49,359 nucleotides of DNA from a virus (taxonomy: Duplodnaviria > Heunggongvirae > Uroviricota > Caudoviricetes). The position numbers and the translations under genes were made by a program. Shown here in pieces: positions 29,412 to 38,571 of this stretch (position 1 is the stretch's first letter; the number at the start of each line of letters is the position of its first letter). The notes beneath the pieces were generated by a model. It was not told the origin of the DNA, ran no database searches, and saw only the letters and a program-made list of their open reading frames with translations. The stretch spans positions 1 to 49,359 of the IMG/VR virus record IMGVR_UViG_2875722834_000005; one strand, 5' to 3'.

Positions 29412-29612
29412 TCAATATGAGTACAGTTGATGAGATTGTTGCTCTACAGCTTCAACTGAACTTACAGTGCTGTAGGAGTATAGAACACCACTACGTATAG
29501 CCTGGTCGTCTTGCTGAGCAAGAACGCGCATAGCATAGTGTTGTACAGATTCACCTTTATGGAGTTCCTCTGATTTAATACCTACTTTTTCGTAAAATTC
29601 TGCAGCGCCCAT
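29412..29612 (-). CDS. Hypothetical small protein (66 aa) upstream of the protease gene
   Basis: ORF with GAGGG RBS; stop 13 nt before protease start. Confidence 0.35.
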   Translation of the reverse strand: MGAAEFYEKVGIKSEELHKGESVQHYAMRVLAQQDDQAIRSGVLYSYSTVSSVEAVEQQSHQLYSY

Positions 29613-29886
29613 GATTTTGTCCCTCGTTATAGCTACATCTAGCTCAAAAACAAAACAACAAACACAAGATGTAGTGATTTACGGTCTTTAAATACACGAA
29701 AAGCCTCAAAACGAGGCTTTAAAAGAGTCTTTTTGATAAAGAACTAAACAGACTATAGCGAGTCAATTACAGATTTGACAAGTAAAAAAGGGATTAAAAG
29801 CTCATAAAAACGGCTTTTTTGGATTATTCATCATCTTTTTTGATGCACGTAACAATCCAAATATAAAAACAAAGTTTTGACAAAAA

Positions 29887-29904
29887 ACCCGCTCGATGGC
29901 GGGT
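29887..29904 (-). terminator. Hairpin ACCCGC-N6-GCGGGT with flanking A/T runs about 65 nt downstream of the Q-position gene (late-region regulatory element)
   Basis: Seen directly; on the minus strand followed by TTTTTTG. Confidence 0.45.
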
Positions 29905-29970
29905 TCTTAATTCTTTGTCGACCTACGAAGCTATGGCGACGATATCAGATTTACATGAAATATATGCGTT

Positions 29971-30660
29971 TCAATCCAGTTTTGCAAGACTTGAGTCTAA
30001 ATTTGTCGCCTTTTGTTGTGAACGTGATCGCGTAACCTGCAATAAAGCCCCGCTATCCAGTCGCAGGAAGATGCTGCGCATCTCAACCCAGCGGTCAGTA
30101 AAGGTCTCTGACCAGTTTTTTGGCGTTACGCCAACCAGCGACGCCAGCGCCTGATATTCGTACGTCTCACGCCCTGCCAGCTCTGCTTTCACGTCCTGAG
30201 CCGCGAGCCAGACAAGCTTCTTCAGGCGCTCCATCGTTTTGCCGGCCACCTTCTTCGCGCCGAGCTGCTCCCGGAACTCTGCCCACGCCCATTGAGTGAT
30301 TTCCACCTGATAGCACCAGCGCACGTTCTCGCTATAGTTCCATAGCAGCCACGCTTTCTGATGGTCTTCAAGCGACAGAACAGCGCGGCGCCACGATGCG
30401 GTCCCGTACTCTACCGGGCCCACCAGCGCGATAGACGAGCCCTTAGCGCGGGACTGGTTGCCGCTCATCGGCTGGCCGTCAGGATTGACCATGCGCTGCT
30501 TATCCTTGTCGAATACCTTTTTCCGGCCCCGACTCCGCGCCGTTGCGGTGAATTGCGCGTTCTCGGCGAAAGCTACCAGCTGCCCTTTCGTCGCCCCGCT
30601 GAGGTCTGCGGTCGCCACAATGAGCTGCTGACGTACGTATTCCAGTTGCTGACTGTTCAT
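29971..30660 (-). CDS. Putative late-gene antiterminator Q (assigned by position; family unconfirmed)
   Basis: 229-aa ORF between ninG and the late/lysis region; no similarity to lambda Q seen by eye. Confidence 0.45.
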   Translation of the reverse strand: MNSQQLEYVRQQLIVATADLSGATKGQLVAFAENAQFTATARSRGRKKVFDKDKQRMVNPDGQPMSGNQSRAKGSSIALVGPVEYGTASWRRAVLSLEDHQKAWLLWNYSENVRWCYQVEITQWAWAEFREQLGAKKVAGKTMERLKKLVWLAAQDVKAELAGRETYEYQALASLVGVTPKNWSETFTDRWVEMRSIFLRLDSGALLQVTRSRSQQKATNLDSSLAKLD

Positions 30661-30769
30661 GCGGCTTCCTTCTGTGGCTGGTTGGTTTTGGTCTGGCTGT
30701 GCTTTGCTACTGGTGGCATGCAGGCGCGCTTAACGCTTTCTGCCTGGTACCGCAGGAAGTCGGCGTGGT

Positions 30770-31420
30770 TCATGCTGCCTCCTGTCGGCGGGCGCGGCGT
30801 TTTTCCAGCGCGCGGGCTTTGCGTGTGAAAATGGATTTGATGCGCTGAAGGTATGGGATATCGAAGCGGCGCGGATCGTTATCAGATTCAAGGCGCTCGA
30901 CACGTTCCTGTCCGATACGCTCAATCAGACGGATCCGGTACTCGACAGCATTGCCGCTCAACTGCCGGTTGCAGCGGGTGCAAGCGGAGTGGACGTTAAA
31001 CACGTTGAATTTGAGATGCGATGCAGCGCCGCGCGAACGGTAATGGCTGGCGTCAATGGCGCTGCCTGTCAGGTAATTGCTCTTGCCGATGAGTGGATTG
31101 CCGCAGCTGACGCATTCTTTTCCCTCGTCCCGGATCCGTATGTAGCGGTTGAAGGCCGATTGGGCCTCCTTATCCCACTGGGATTTAGACTTTAGTGACT
31201 CGCGCTTTTCTTGTCGGCGTTTGCGCCCTTCCTTCTCTGCCTCTTTCTGCTCCTTGATCCGTTTAGCCACGGCTTTCACCTTCTCCTTTTCGCGCTCTTC
31301 CATCGCGAGGATTGCGCCGTGCTCCGGGCAGCACCAGCGGATCCGGATGTCGTAGAATTTCGGCACGAAGTATTCCCCGCATACTTTGCACTTACGGCGG
31401 GATGGTTTACGCATGTTCAC
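30770..31420 (-). CDS. ninG: NinG (Rap) recombination protein
   Basis: Matches lambda NinG Cys-rich motifs (CxxC..WCC/SPEC; CxSCG; HYR; CxxCN) and RIGQE block. Confidence 0.85.
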   Translation of the reverse strand: MNMRKPSRRKCKVCGEYFVPKFYDIRIRWCCPEHGAILAMEEREKEKVKAVAKRIKEQKEAEKEGRKRRQEKRESLKSKSQWDKEAQSAFNRYIRIRDEGKECVSCGNPLIGKSNYLTGSAIDASHYRSRGAASHLKFNVFNVHSACTRCNRQLSGNAVEYRIRLIERIGQERVERLESDNDPRRFDIPYLQRIKSIFTRKARALEKRRARRQEAA

Positions 31421-32075
31421 CGCCTTGCACCTTTACCAGCGTGAGGTTTCCGCAGAACACGGCGCCGGTGTCGATGTACATCTGGTTGGCATACTTCAGG
31501 GGCTGGCGAGCTGGAGTGTGCCCGAAGATAAACAGATCAGCACCGGCTATCGGCGATACAATGCCGTCCAGAGCGTCGCTAACCCGCTCGCGGTTCCAGA
31601 TCACCATTTCTTCTGGTACTGGCTTATCGAATGCGTATTCGTTGTGCGGATAGTCAGCGTGGCATATGACGATTTTACGCTCAGCGGTAACCAGCTCGAT
31701 GACGAGTGGCAGCTCAGCTGCTTTGTGAACCAGAGCCTTAGCCAGCACTTCTTTGTCATAGTCGAGATTGAAGAACCAGCCGCCACCATTTGCCAACCAG
31801 TGATTGACGTTCCCATACTCCGATAGCCCATCAATCATCATCTGCTCATGGTTTCCTCGCACAGCCCGGAACCAAGGCATAGTAATCAGCTCCAGGCACT
31901 CGACGTTTTCCGCGCCGCGGTCAACAAGGTCTCCAACCGAAATCAGCAAATCACACGCAGGGTCGAACGAAACTTTTCCGAGCTCATTCATCAGCAGCGT
32001 GTAGCACCCATGCAGATCGCCGACGACGAAAATATTGCGCCAGTCAGCGCCATTAATGCGTTGATACATGCTCAT
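31407..32075 (-). CDS. ninI: Ser/Thr protein phosphatase (lambda PPase, NinI)
   Basis: Near-identical blocks to lambda phosphatase (VVGDLHGCY; [17 protein letters not shown]; [13 protein letters not shown]). Confidence 0.9.
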   Translation of the reverse strand: MSMYQRINGADWRNIFVVGDLHGCYTLLMNELGKVSFDPACDLLISVGDLVDRGAENVECLELITMPWFRAVRGNHEQMMIDGLSEYGNVNHWLANGGGWFFNLDYDKEVLAKALVHKAAELPLVIELVTAERKIVICHADYPHNEYAFDKPVPEEMVIWNRERVSDALDGIVSPIAGADLFIFGHTPARQPLKYANQMYIDTGAVFCGNLTLVKVQGGEHA

Positions 32076-32234
32076 GCAGATTTTCTCCTCGCCGCGAGTC
32101 GCAGCCATTTCTGATCCACCAGGCGGGCGGTGTAGCCCTTCAGGGTCGGGATGTCGGACGGCTTAACCGCTGGCTTACGCTGGCGGCGCGCCGGAACGCG
32201 GAAGATTTCATTGGTGATGACGCGTGCGAGAGGA

Positions 32235-32684
32235 CTACCCACGGGAAGCCCTCCACTCTTGCGCCCAGGCGATGCGCTTACTGGATGCTTCGGAGAACTT
32301 CACGCCGCGGTCGGTGCCGAACCAGTAAATCGCCTCGATGACGTCGACCATGTAGCGCTTGCTGGATTTGGATGTGCGGACGCCGAAATAAACGCGACCG
32401 CCGTTGATGCCCGGCGCGGATTTCTGCTCCTGGTCCTGAGTCTGATTCACCAGAACGGTGATGAGGTCCTTCCATTCTTCGCGGGTCAGCTTTTCGCCGT
32501 GCCAGACTACCTGGTCAGACAGGTCTTTCAGCAGCGGCCACATCAAACGATTTTGCTTGTCGGTGCGGGTCTCTTCCCGAGCCTCGACCACCATTGGCGC
32601 ACGAGGGTTTACCGGTAGGGTGCGAATGTACGCGATGAGGTTGTCTTTAACGGTGTCGTTAACGATGCAGTAGTGCTGCTTCAT
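32235..32684 (-). CDS. ninB: NinB (Orf) recombination mediator
   Basis: DQNRLMW..VVWHG..W block matches lambda NinB. Confidence 0.8.
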   Translation of the reverse strand: MKQHYCIVNDTVKDNLIAYIRTLPVNPRAPMVVEAREETRTDKQNRLMWPLLKDLSDQVVWHGEKLTREEWKDLITVLVNQTQDQEQKSAPGINGGRVYFGVRTSKSSKRYMVDVIEAIYWFGTDRGVKFSEASSKRIAWAQEWRASRG

Positions 32685-32930
32685 ACGCCACCTCCGAGAG
32701 GTAACGCAGAATGCAAAAAATCGCAGGTGCATTTCTGCATCTGTGACAAAGTGAGGAGTTCAGATTGTGGTCGCATTTAAGTCCCCTTAAATGCGCAGAA
32801 GTCACCGGAGTTGTTCAGGCTCCGATGACATGATTATGGACGGTTGATTCAACAAAATCAACGCGAGAAAAAGGCCTCCGGAGAGGCCCTGGCTGTCGAT
32901 ATGGGGATTCCCATATCGCTTGTATGGCAG

Positions 32931-33098
32931 TTACACCAAATCGGGCAAAATCACGAAACCCCACCCCATAAACAGGTTGGCACTACACCAGTCAGCCTTT
33001 AGGGGCACATCTGGCATCTTGCCTGGAAAGACTGGGTAATGCTCAGCCAGCCACTCCATTGCGTCGCAGCGATTGAGAGTATATTTGTCGTACATCAT
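32931..33098 (-). CDS. Hypothetical small protein
   Basis: ORF with start overlapping the upstream gene stop. Confidence 0.3.
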   Translation of the reverse strand: MMYDKYTLNRCDAMEWLAEHYPVFPGKMPDVPLKADWCSANLFMGWGFVILPDLV

Positions 33099-33694
33099 GC
33101 CTCCTGCTGTGGTGCTGCTGGCAGAGGCATCCAGTGGGTAGGCTCGCAATAACAGTCGAATCCGTGATAATACTCACGCCCTCCCTTGTAGGTTGCTGTT
33201 TTTACTGGCGGGTCATTTGACTCACTGGCACGAGGCCGGAAAACTATGACCTTGCTTCCTTCCTCAGGCATCCGCTCACTGCAAGCCACCCAACCATCCG
33301 GAATCACCGGAGAGTTGCCATCGACACCCTGAAGCATGGCGGCGCGGCAGGCGTTAAATCCATAGATATACGCCCCCTCTTTCGTCAGTGCTTTGACGTA
33401 CGCAGGTGCTTCTTTGCATTCCTCCGGCACCACCGGCGCTCTCGGTCTACCCTGCCTATCTGATGGCGCTAACGGAGCGTTTCTCAGTACAGTGGCCAGC
33501 ATTTCAATATCTACTGGTGCAGGCTCAGCACCAAATGCCGCAATAGCCCCATCAATCACCTTCACAGCATCAGCCATTGCGTAGCCGAGATTACCGCCGT
33601 CGCTTTGTTCCGCTGCTTTGCTGAGTATTTCGCGTATCTGGTGCAGGCGATCGGGTGATACAGGACCGTGCGCCGGGTGGTTGTTGGTTGTCAT
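33095..33694 (-). CDS. DUF551-like phage protein
   Basis: C-terminal YHGFDCYCEPTHWMPLP resembles the DUF551 signature. Confidence 0.55.
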   Translation of the reverse strand: MTTNNHPAHGPVSPDRLHQIREILSKAAEQSDGGNLGYAMADAVKVIDGAIAAFGAEPAPVDIEMLATVLRNAPLAPSDRQGRPRAPVVPEECKEAPAYVKALTKEGAYIYGFNACRAAMLQGVDGNSPVIPDGWVACSERMPEEGSKVIVFRPRASESNDPPVKTATYKGGREYYHGFDCYCEPTHWMPLPAAPQQEA

Positions 33695-34056
33695 GATGAT
33701 GCTCCTTCTTGATATTTTTCGAACCAGAACACCACTGGGTCAGATTTCATTTCAACCAATCCCATGCGAACCAGTGCTTTTCCTTTCCCGGACACAAGGA
33801 ATTCACGACGACCATCACCGATAATTCGCCGGTAATCTTCCAGGCTACTGCAATGCTTGTGCAGATTGCATGGGTGGCATGCTGGAACCATGTTTGATAT
33901 ATCGTCACGTTCCTGGTGAAGCATATTCCCATCAAAACGAATGACAGGCTTAACGTGGTCGGCATGCCACTTATCACCAAGCTCGCACCCGCAATAAGCA
34001 CAGCGACCGCCAAACTTCATGCGTAGCTCTGCGCGTTGTTTTTTCGTCAGCGCCAT
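33691..34056 (-). CDS. HNH endonuclease
   Basis: CAYCGC..HADH..N..CHPCN motif set. Confidence 0.75.
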   Translation of the reverse strand: MALTKKQRAELRMKFGGRCAYCGCELGDKWHADHVKPVIRFDGNMLHQERDDISNMVPACHPCNLHKHCSSLEDYRRIIGDGRREFLVSGKGKALVRMGLVEMKSDPVVFWFEKYQEGASS

Positions 34057-34057
34057 C

Positions 34058-34513
34058 TCACTCCCCCTTCACGCCAATGCCAGCGTCGCGGTCTAAACGC
34101 TCAATTTCCGCCAAAATAAGTGCCCCTGCTTTTACCAGGTTGCGACGACGGGTTTTAGGTTTCCACCAGGACGCATCCCACGGCCATCCCCACGGCTTGC
34201 CACCATTGCGGTTTACTGTTCCGGTTTCGTTGATGTAGCAAACCGCCGCCATTGCTAGTTCGCCGTTGCAGTGCTCGTCGTCATGCTCTGGCGTCCATCC
34301 CTCAATGGTTTTCTGCCGCTGGCGTTCGGCTACCACATCAAGAATTGCGGGATTGAATGCGCCCCCCTCAAGTTCTGCTATGCGCTTCTCTGCGGCTTCC
34401 AGCTCATCCAGCAGCGCCAGTAAATCGCGAGTTGGTACCATGAAGTTCGGCATGAAGTTATCTTTTGCCTTTTCTGCTGTTAGGCGCAGCGCCTGTTTGT
34501 CGATGTTGCTCAT
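34058..34513 (-). CDS. Hypothetical nin-region protein (151 aa)
   Basis: ORF in operon context; acidic EHDDEH cluster; family unassigned. Confidence 0.5.
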   Translation of the reverse strand: MSNIDKQALRLTAEKAKDNFMPNFMVPTRDLLALLDELEAAEKRIAELEGGAFNPAILDVVAERQRQKTIEGWTPEHDDEHCNGELAMAAVCYINETGTVNRNGGKPWGWPWDASWWKPKTRRRNLVKAGALILAEIERLDRDAGIGVKGE

Positions 34514-35016
34514 TGCGCGTCCCCCTTGCGAATCTGGGCGGCGATGTCTTCGAGTACACCATCAGCGAACGAGCGATCGAAATCGCCTTCCGGCGCATCA
34601 TCCATAAACTCTGTGGAGGTCAGTATCATTCGTGCGATGTCCGCAGCGTTCTTCGCTGTGTCTTCGATAAACCCAGCCTCCCATGCAGCCAGCATTCGGT
34701 TGGCAACAAAGTGAGCGCCTTCCTTGTGGGCTTGCGCCCGCACTTCAGCCAGGAAAGCCTGGTACGCAGGAATCTGCAGCACAGCCAGAGCTCCGATAAT
34801 CTTCTGTACTTCTGGATGGCATTGATCGTAATGAGCATCGGTGATGAACACCGCGTCATTGTGAATTGCTTCAATTGCACTCAACTCCGCAGCCAGCGCC
34901 GCGCACTTGGCTTCAACCACGTTAAGGAGAGTCGTAACTTCTGCCGGTGACATGTGCTCACCACAATCGGCATTCATCCTGGCGCTTTTAATCAGATCTT
35001 CGTATTTATTGCTCAT
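34510..35016 (-). CDS. Hypothetical nin-region protein (168 aa)
   Basis: Start set at MSNKYEDL with GGGAGGG RBS; upstream in-frame extension overlaps the neighbouring gene. Confidence 0.5.
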   Translation of the reverse strand: MSNKYEDLIKSARMNADCGEHMSPAEVTTLLNVVEAKCAALAAELSAIEAIHNDAVFITDAHYDQCHPEVQKIIGALAVLQIPAYQAFLAEVRAQAHKEGAHFVANRMLAAWEAGFIEDTAKNAADIARMILTSTEFMDDAPEGDFDRSFADGVLEDIAAQIRKGDAQ

Positions 35017-35312
35017 ACCCCTGCCCTCCCCCAAACCATCAATACCCTTCTCATCGCCGGACTGTTGCGGCACTCCTGAAATATTCCGTTGGTGCAGCTG
35101 CGCGCGGTACCAGCCTGCTCTTCCGGCGTAGCCAGGCGATAAGTCACCGTTCGCCAGACCTTGCTCACCCGGATAATTTTTCGAGACTTTTCCAGATCGA
35201 TAGCGTTCTTCGTGATGCAGTTGATGGTCATGCCGCACTCTGTGGCCACATCCTTCGCTGTGAAGGTCCGGTGCGTTTCGAGATAACGCAGAATTGCCTG
35301 TTTGCCTTTCAT
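35013..35312 (-). CDS. Small helix-turn-helix protein (ren position)
   Basis: Start overlaps P stop and stop overlaps next start; HTH-like AKDVATECGMTINCITKNA. Confidence 0.45.
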   Translation of the reverse strand: MKGKQAILRYLETHRTFTAKDVATECGMTINCITKNAIDLEKSRKIIRVSKVWRTVTYRLATPEEQAGTARSCTNGIFQECRNSPAMRRVLMVWGRAGV

Positions 35313-36085
35313 CGAATAAGACCCCGTTCAACGCCCCTGCGGTACTCTTCACATAACCATTGCGCCGGTGTTAGCGCGCCCAGTGATGCGGCATTTGGCA
35401 TGCAGCCAAAGCTTTTCCCTTCAGGGTGATAGCCAGTTCTGCGGCTCTCGTGAGTCGTGGGGATCACCTCTTCGTGATACTCAAGCGCGACTACCGGGGC
35501 AGGAATTTGCTCACCTGATGCCACCTTCAAAGCCCATTCTTCAAGCTTTTTGGCTGCGTACTTTTCGGTCTCGACTTCGCTGAGCTGGCGCTGGTACATT
35601 GCCCGGCGGGTGTCGGTCACCACCCAATACATGACCGGGTGCGTCCATGGGAAGTTTTCAGCGCCACCAACATGAACGCCCTTCTCGCGGCTGTAGCGGT
35701 GAAACTCGTTCATCACATCCACGATACCCACGCCCAGCACTGAGTTGCTGTCTTTGCACCACTTTATGAATTGCCCCGGCGACGGCCAGAACGGGGATGC
35801 GCTTGCCCTGGCATGGCGGACACCTGCCGATAACTGCTCTCTGGTTCGAATTCCGTTCTCAGAGAACGCCGCGATCCACTGGCGCTTTGCCGTCTTCTCG
35901 TCAGCGTCGGTTTTGAGGTTGGTCTGTGATGCCGCCGGGAATATCTGTTTCAGCTGGCGAAAGAGCGAGTCGACCAGGTTCTCGGCCTCGATGTTGATAA
36001 CGTTTTTCGGATCGTAGCTGCCGGACATCCGGGCCAGCGCATCACCGTCACGGTTCTGAATTGCTGCCATCAGTTGCATTGTCAC
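35309..36085 (-). CDS. P: Replication protein P (helicase loader)
   Basis: Matches lambda P blocks (RQW..AF.ENGI; PF.PSPGQF..WC). Confidence 0.8.
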   Translation of the reverse strand: MTMQLMAAIQNRDGDALARMSGSYDPKNVINIEAENLVDSLFRQLKQIFPAASQTNLKTDADEKTAKRQWIAAFSENGIRTREQLSAGVRHARASASPFWPSPGQFIKWCKDSNSVLGVGIVDVMNEFHRYSREKGVHVGGAENFPWTHPVMYWVVTDTRRAMYQRQLSEVETEKYAAKKLEEWALKVASGEQIPAPVVALEYHEEVIPTTHESRRTGYHPEGKSFGCMPNAASLGALTPAQWLCEEYRRGVERGLIR

Positions 36086-36834
36086 AGGAAGTCCTCCCAG
36101 CCTTCACGGCTATTCCAGTGCGGGGTTTCTGGCTCACTGCGGCTGCGCTTTGATGCCAGGGGGTTAACGCGGGCGTTTCGGATCCAGACGCGGAATGCTG
36201 AATTCCAGTCAATCAGGGTTGTGCCTCGCGCTGTGTGGTAGTCACGGAAGTTGAGCAGCTCGGTTTCTATGCTGACCCCTTTCTCGGCAGCCATGGCGAT
36301 ATGCTCTGCAGAGGGTTTGAATTGAGCGGGAAAAGGAATTCCACTGCCAGTCGGCAGGCCCATTCTTGTCTTCGCTGCTTCGCTCATAAATCCTTCGCGC
36401 CCAGAGAGAGAGTTAGGTTCATTGACTGGTTCAAAAGAGTGACTGATTCTGGGTGCAGCTCCTGCACTACCCCCTAGTGAATCTCCTGCACTAGGTAGTG
36501 AATCTCCTGCACTAGGTAGTGAATCTCCTGCACTAGGTAGTGAATCTCCTGCACTAGGTAGTGAATCTCCTGCACTAGGCAAGGTGAGGATGTAGATGTT
36601 TGTAGAATTGCCTTTCGGCCCCTTCCTGAAGACTTTTTTCAGCAATCCTGACTGGCAAAGATCATCAATGTGGCTCATGACTGAACGCTTGCTGATTTCG
36701 CACTGGTCAGCGATGTATTGATAGCTAGGCCAGCACTCACCCTGATCGCTGGCATTGTCAGCAAGCTTCAGGAGAACGAGCTTACGTAATGGGTTGCCGA
36801 CCTTAATTTGCATGGCTTTCACCATTAACATCAT
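36082..36834 (-). CDS. O: Replication initiator O-like protein (HTH N-domain, iteron-encoded linker)
   Basis: Position between cII and P; HTH N-terminus; contains 21-bp iterons; start approximate. Confidence 0.7.
   Translation of the reverse strand: MMLMVKAMQIKVGNPLRKLVLLKLADNASDQGECWPSYQYIADQCEISKRSVMSHIDDLCQSGLLKKVFRKGPKGNSTNIYILTLPSAGDSLPSAGDSLPSAGDSLPSAGDSLPSAGDSLGGSAGAAPRISHSFEPVNEPNSLSGREGFMSEAAKTRMGLPTGSGIPFPAQFKPSAEHIAMAAEKGVSIETELLNFRDYHTARGTTLIDWNSAFRVWIRNARVNPLASKRSRSEPETPHWNSREGWEDFL
36459..36580. repeat. Origin-type iterons: 21-bp direct repeat CTCCTGCACTAGGTAGTGAAT, 4 perfect plus 2 imperfect copies, inside the O-like gene
   Basis: Seen directly; encodes (LPSAGDS)5; analogous to ori-lambda iterons within O. 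Confidence 0.7.
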
Positions 36835-37012
36835 GCTCACTATGAGTTCTCCTGTTCTGCTTGAAGATGATTTCCACACACACATACACGCACTCATCAC
36901 AGATACATGCGCCATCTCCTGTGATGATCGTTGCAACGTCGTTATTGGTTTTCCCGCAAAACGAGCATTTGTGAGTGGGATGTGGGTTTGCTTTTCCTGA
37001 CTGGTTTGGCAT
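36803..37012 (-). CDS. Small protein with ClpX-type C4 zinc-binding domain
   Basis: [29 protein letters not shown] aligns with the ClpX N-terminal zinc-binding domain (CSFCGK..ICDECV); lies between cII and O. Confidence 0.55.
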   Translation of the reverse strand: MPNQSGKANPHPTHKCSFCGKTNNDVATIITGDGACICDECVYVCVEIIFKQNRRTHSEHDVNGESHAN

Positions 37013-37033
37013 AATTAACCCCGCAAATAGTTG

Positions 37034-37333
37034 TTAAAAATCCATCGTTATTTGGTCTGATCGCTCGGTTGCCGCCGGGCGATTTTTCTTTGTGAGCACC
37101 GCAGCTACTTCTCTTGCCAGCCGCGCCATATCGTCATCAACGACACCCCATTCCAGAACTGCCAGTAGCATCGACAGTTTAGGCAGCATGCTTTCCTTCC
37201 AGCGGGTAATACCCGACTTATCCATCCCCAATGCCTTTGCAACGTTAGAGGCACCGCGAATAGCAATCTGATTCAGGATCCAGGACTCAATTTTTCGAGC
37301 CTGGGCTTTGTTTCGGGTAGTTGTGTTTTCCAT
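37034..37333 (-). CDS. cII: Transcriptional activator CII
   Basis: Near-identical core to lambda CII (SMLLAVLEWGVVDDDMARLAR). Confidence 0.9.
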   Translation of the reverse strand: MENTTTRNKAQARKIESWILNQIAIRGASNVAKALGMDKSGITRWKESMLPKLSMLLAVLEWGVVDDDMARLAREVAAVLTKKNRPAATERSDQITMDF

Positions 37334-37362
37334 TAGTTAAAATCCTTAATAAGTTGTTGAGT

Positions 37363-37412
37363 CGGCTGACGAATCAGCCGAGTAAATTTGGGTTCCATGT
37401 TGTTAAAGAGCG
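37363..37412 (-). promoter_or_regulatory. nutR-like element: boxA CGCTCTTTAACAA plus downstream 7-bp stem hairpin
   Basis: boxA consensus read on the minus strand at 37400-37412, 8 nt after cro stop; hairpin CGGCTGA-TTCG-TCAGCCG at 37363-37380. Confidence 0.45.
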
Positions 37413-37419
37413 GTAGTAC

Positions 37420-37608
37420 TTACGGGGTTTTGCTGTGCGGGAAAGGCTTGATTTCTTCAGCCTTGATTTTCCCGTCGGGCAGTCGGTTGATAAAAATCTG
37501 ACGCCCAACCCTAATTGCCTTGCTGATTGCCGTCTGGTGTACACCGATAGCGTCAGCTGCTTTGGCCTGACCTACCTCGCCAACAAACTCAGCTAAAGAA
37601 ATCTTCAT
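37420..37608 (-). CDS. cro: Cro repressor
   Basis: 62 aa; GQAKAADAIGVHQTAISKAI matches the lambda Cro HTH; KPFP tail. Confidence 0.85.
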   Translation of the reverse strand: MKISLAEFVGEVGQAKAADAIGVHQTAISKAIRVGRQIFINRLPDGKIKAEEIKPFPHSKTP

Positions 37609-37638
37609 GTGGTTGCTCCTTTGAGTGCATAACCAAAC

Positions 37639-37677
37639 AATACCAGAAGTATTACATAAAGCAATACCTGCGGTATT
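37639..37677. promoter_or_regulatory. OR operators (two clear AATAC-N5-GTATT sites) within the PR/PRM region
   Basis: AATACCAGAAGTATT (37639-37653) and AATACCTGCGGTATT (37663-37677) between cro and cI starts. Confidence 0.6.
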
Positions 37678-37711
37678 TTTAAAATATGAGCTTTGGTATT
37701 AATATCTGATA

Positions 37712-38422
37712 ATGGAAAAGAAAAAGATTCTCACCCCCGCTCAAGTGGCTGATTCACAGCGTTTAAAAGCCCTTTACGAAGCGAAGAAAAAAGAACTGGG
37801 TATTACTCAGCAATCCATTGCGGACGCGCTGGACATTTCTCAGGGTGCCGTCGGCCATTACCTCAATGGAAGGAATGCCTTAAATACAGCGGTAGCATCG
37901 GTCTTTGCCAGGCTTCTTGGGGTTAGTGTCTCTGATTTCAGCCCGTCACTTGCGAAGGATATCTCTGATATGAGCTCGGTGGCGTCGGAAAATACTTCTT
38001 TCGCAGGGCATTATTCACCTGGCTCAAAATATCCGGTGATTAGCAAAGTTCAGGCGGGCGCCTGGTGTGAAGCTGTTGAGCCGTACACCCTTAAAGATAT
38101 CGACCTTTGGCTTGAATCAGATGCTCACATTCAGGGGGAGGCGTTCTGGCTGCAGGTTGATGGTGACTCAATGACGGCGCCAGCTGGCTTGAGCATTCCT
38201 GAAGGAACCTTTGTCCTCTTCGATACTGGTCGGGAGGCGATCAACGGAAGCTTGGTAATAGCAAAGCTATCCGATTCTAACGAGGCGACTTTTAAGAAGC
38301 TGGTGATCGATGGTGGGCAGAAGTACCTGAAGGGCCTTAACCCGCAATGGCCACTCGTGCCGATTAATGGTAACTGCCGTATCATTGGTGTAGCTGTAGA
38401 GACGAAGCTGCGGCTGGTCTGA
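37712..38422 (+). CDS. cI: CI repressor (HTH N-domain, S24 self-cleaving C-domain)
   Basis: Lambda CI-like blocks (KKELGITQQSIAD; FSPS; VQAG; GDSM; TFKKL); no leader before ATG, as for PRM transcripts. Confidence 0.9.
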   Translation: MEKKKILTPAQVADSQRLKALYEAKKKELGITQQSIADALDISQGAVGHYLNGRNALNTAVASVFARLLGVSVSDFSPSLAKDISDMSSVASENTSFAGHYSPGSKYPVISKVQAGAWCEAVEPYTLKDIDLWLESDAHIQGEAFWLQVDGDSMTAPAGLSIPEGTFVLFDTGREAINGSLVIAKLSDSNEATFKKLVIDGGQKYLKGLNPQWPLVPINGNCRIIGVAVETKLRLV

Positions 38423-38571
38423 TCGGCAAGGTGCTCTGGTCGGCGCATAGCTGGTGAAAAAATTATTTAATGCAGTGTATTAGCTGATTGTAACCCCATG
38501 TAACATCTTGCCGTCACCATTTCGGTGGTTAGATTTTTAATAAAAAAAACAAATGTATAGCAAGGTTTTTT

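Noticed and set aside
28500-29970. Looked for Shiga-toxin or other AB5 toxin genes at the Q-to-lysis hotspot
   Set aside because: No ORFs with toxin A/B subunit size or organisation; the slot holds a peptidase gene instead
36459-36580. Tandem direct repeats considered as a possible CRISPR array (also the 9-bp repeat at 16959-17000)
   Set aside because: Repeats are contiguous with no spacers, lie in frame inside protein-coding genes and fit ori iterons / linker microsatellite instead
34510-36936. Long N-terminal extensions of ORFs (34510-35352 and 36082-36936 as given in the ORF track)
   Set aside because: Extensions overlap neighbouring genes in other frames and lack RBS; internal ATG starts with RBS and stop/start coupling were chosen
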